IMG/VR virus record: IMGVR_UViG_3300037743_000186
Span: 1-46,623 of that record
Strand: one strand, 5' to 3'
From: a virus
Taxonomy: Duplodnaviria; Caudoviricetes
Length of the DNA: 46,623 nt
How positions within the stretch are numbered: position 1 is the stretch's first letter; each line of letters opens with the position of its first letter. Shown here piece by piece: positions 44,858 to 46,623 of the stretch. The translations under genes and the position numbers were made by a program. The notes under the pieces are model-generated. The model ran no database searches, was not told the origin of the DNA, and saw nothing but the letters and a program-made list of their open reading frames with translations.

Positions 44858-45412
44858 CTATCTCTCCGCCTCTCGCTGGATTTCTTGCCGAACAAGGTCC
44901 GGATACCGGCTGACCACCCAAGCCACCAAATCCGTCACCCGCTGACCGGCCGGCTGCGGCCTTACCCACAGCTCAAGGTTCTCGGGCCGGTTGTCGTCGC
45001 GTCTGCCGTTCTTGTGGTGTACCGACTCGCCCTTTAGTAGGTTCCGTCCAAGTACTTGCTCCATGACCAGCCGGTGCTCCAAGACATACCCATCGCCGTT
45101 CGCTGTCGGGTGGCCGGGGATGTGGATCTTCACATACCCCTCGGCCATCGCGAACCGGCTGCCGCCAGGGCGGAGCTTCTCGGCGGGGCCAACATCGCCG
45201 TGCACCCTCCACCGCCAGTAGTGCATCTGACACATCTGGCGAGCAAACGATCCGTTCTCGCACCCGGAGACTGTGCACCGCTCGTAGCCCTCTCGCCGCT
45301 TCCTCATCGGAGCTTCAAGGGGTTTCCCGTCGCGCCAGCGCTGGTAGTGAGCGCTGCACAGTCCCCGAGCCTGTACCAGGCTTCCGCATCCCCCGACTGA
45401 GCACATCTTCAT
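44858..45412 (-). CDS. Free-standing HNH homing endonuclease
   Basis: Two CxVxGC..C..HY.RW repeats; YVLEHRLVME..LGR.L..ESVHHKNG.RDDNRPENLEL. Confidence 0.92.
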   Translation of the reverse strand: MKMCSVGGCGSLVQARGLCSAHYQRWRDGKPLEAPMRKRREGYERCTVSGCENGSFARQMCQMHYWRWRVHGDVGPAEKLRPGGSRFAMAEGYVKIHIPGHPTANGDGYVLEHRLVMEQVLGRNLLKGESVHHKNGRRDDNRPENLELWVRPQPAGQRVTDLVAWVVSRYPDLVRQEIQREAER

Positions 45413-45450
45413 GTGCTCAGCCTAGTTCAGTAATTCCCTGAACTGCCAGG

Positions 45451-46623
45451 CTACGCCTGATTTTGCAGAAGTCTAAAGCCGGCGTCGTTGACGCTGTCGC
45501 CACCGATCCGCGCCCAGGCGAACCAGCCACGCTGGCCACTGGGCCGGTTGTTGTCGGTGTGGAACAGGTGAGGCACCAGCTCCACGCTCATGCCGCCTCG
45601 GCGGGCGATCAGGTAGTTCGACCAGTCACCGACAACCAGTCGGTTCTCCTTACCCGTAGTCCCGGTGAAGTCCGGGAAGTACGGGCTCTCGTAGACCGGC
45701 TTCCGCATGATGATCTCGGACCACTCTTCCCGCAGGTTCACGGTGGTGGCGTGGAACACGTTGGCCGTGCCGAACTGCCGGATCCGGTTGTTGATGTCCA
45801 CCGACATCATCCAGGACGCCCGCCGGCGGTACTTCTGCGGCAACGCCTTCCAGACCTTGTAGACATCTTCCTGGCCGAACCCGCCGTCGGTGGTCGAGAC
45901 GACCTCGCTACCCGCAGTGGCGTCGATGGCCGTGAGGATGCCGGTAGGCTCGCCGTTGCCACTGCCGCGGCTGAACTTGTCCACCAGCAGCTCGTCGTAG
46001 CCTTCGCCGAGCAGGCGGCCCATCTCCGCCGCGAACATCGGGTAGTCCATCCCGATCTCTAAGCTGTACGGGATGAACCCGCGGGCGGTGTGCAGCGGCA
46101 CCGTCGGCTGGGCCAGCGTCGGACTGTTGTCCGTCACCTCGGAGCCCTCCGTCTGGAACTGCCAGGTCACCCCCGCCGCCGAGACGCCCTTCCACTCGTC
46201 GGTGCCGATCGTCGCCTGCCGGCAGATCGCCAGGAACGGGTTCCCGGACTCCTGGTCGGTCAGGATGATACTCGGATCGATGAAGACCGGGACTCCGAAC
46301 CCGCCGGCGGTGTCCGACAGGGACATCGCCCGGTACTCGTCGTAGGTGTCCATCGCGCGCCGCTCGTCGTCGGTCAGTCGCGGGTGGACCTGGGTCACCA
46401 TCTTCATCCACGCGTTGCGGTACTCGTCGTTCTCGGTGACGATGATCCGCCGGGAGATGTCCGGGTCCCGCCGGATCTGACGCTCGACGTGGTCCAGCGC
46501 CGCCGAGGACAGCGTCGCCTTCACGTCCCGGCCGTCCAGGACCCGAAGCGCCCGGTCCCGGGCCTCCGCGTTGGTGAGCCGCCGGATCTCGGTGGTCTCC
46601 AGCCCGTCCCGGATGTTGGCCAG
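45451..46623 (-). CDS. Major capsid protein, HK97 fold (5' truncated by window edge)
   Basis: GGFGVP, G.G..EPTGI, GDWSNY.I..R, GQRGWFAW.R.GG; frame open to the window end. Confidence 0.93.
   Translation of the reverse strand: MANIRDGLETTEIRRLTNAEARDRALRVLDGRDVKATLSSAALDHVERQIRRDPDISRRIIVTENDEYRNAWMKMVTQVHPRLTDDERRAMDTYDEYRAMSLSDTAGGFGVPVFIDPSIILTDQESGNPFLAICRQATIGTDEWKGVSAAGVTWQFQTEGSEVTDNSPTLAQPTVPLHTARGFIPYSLEIGMDYPMFAAEMGRLLGEGYDELLVDKFSRGSGNGEPTGILTAIDATAGSEVVSTTDGGFGQEDVYKVWKALPQKYRRRASWMMSVDINNRIRQFGTANVFHATTVNLREEWSEIIMRKPVYESPYFPDFTGTTGKENRLVVGDWSNYLIARRGGMSVELVPHLFHTDNNRPSGQRGWFAWARIGGDSVNDAGFRLLQNQA

Noticed and set aside
27212-46345. Long plus-strand ORFs (e.g. 29663..30940, 31090..32397, 43178..44809)
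   Set aside because: Antisense shadows of GC3-biased genes with no motifs.

Overview
The whole window is a GC-rich temperate siphovirus of an actinobacterial host (WhiB gene, leaderless TANNNT promoters), running mostly on the minus strand. Read from the right edge, the order is: (1) a truncated HK97-type major capsid gene and a free-standing HNH. (2) A block of four glycosyltransferase genes (five GT domains), an O-methyltransferase and an FAD oxidoreductase interleaved with head/neck genes, next to a 908-aa Thr-rich repeat fibre. (3) Neck, tail tube, a -1 frameshifted tail chaperone, tape measure and minor tail genes. (4) An amidase endolysin plus five membrane proteins. (5) A central accessory region with two operator-controlled divergent promoters and a ~400-nt highly structured non-coding RNA. 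(6) Small tyrosine integrase, repressor and cro. (7) A long early arm with C5 DNA methylase, WhiB, VRR-NUC, RecD-like helicase, Cas4-like nuclease, SSB, primase-helicase and a probable origin, ending in the terminase-associated HNH at the left edge. The gene order is that of the virion genome and no host DNA is seen. The best candidates for an undescribed system are the virion glycosylation/neck-fibre locus (34.3-44.5 kb) and the structured RNA (24.25-24.65 kb). All family calls come from motif recognition by eye; no searches were run.
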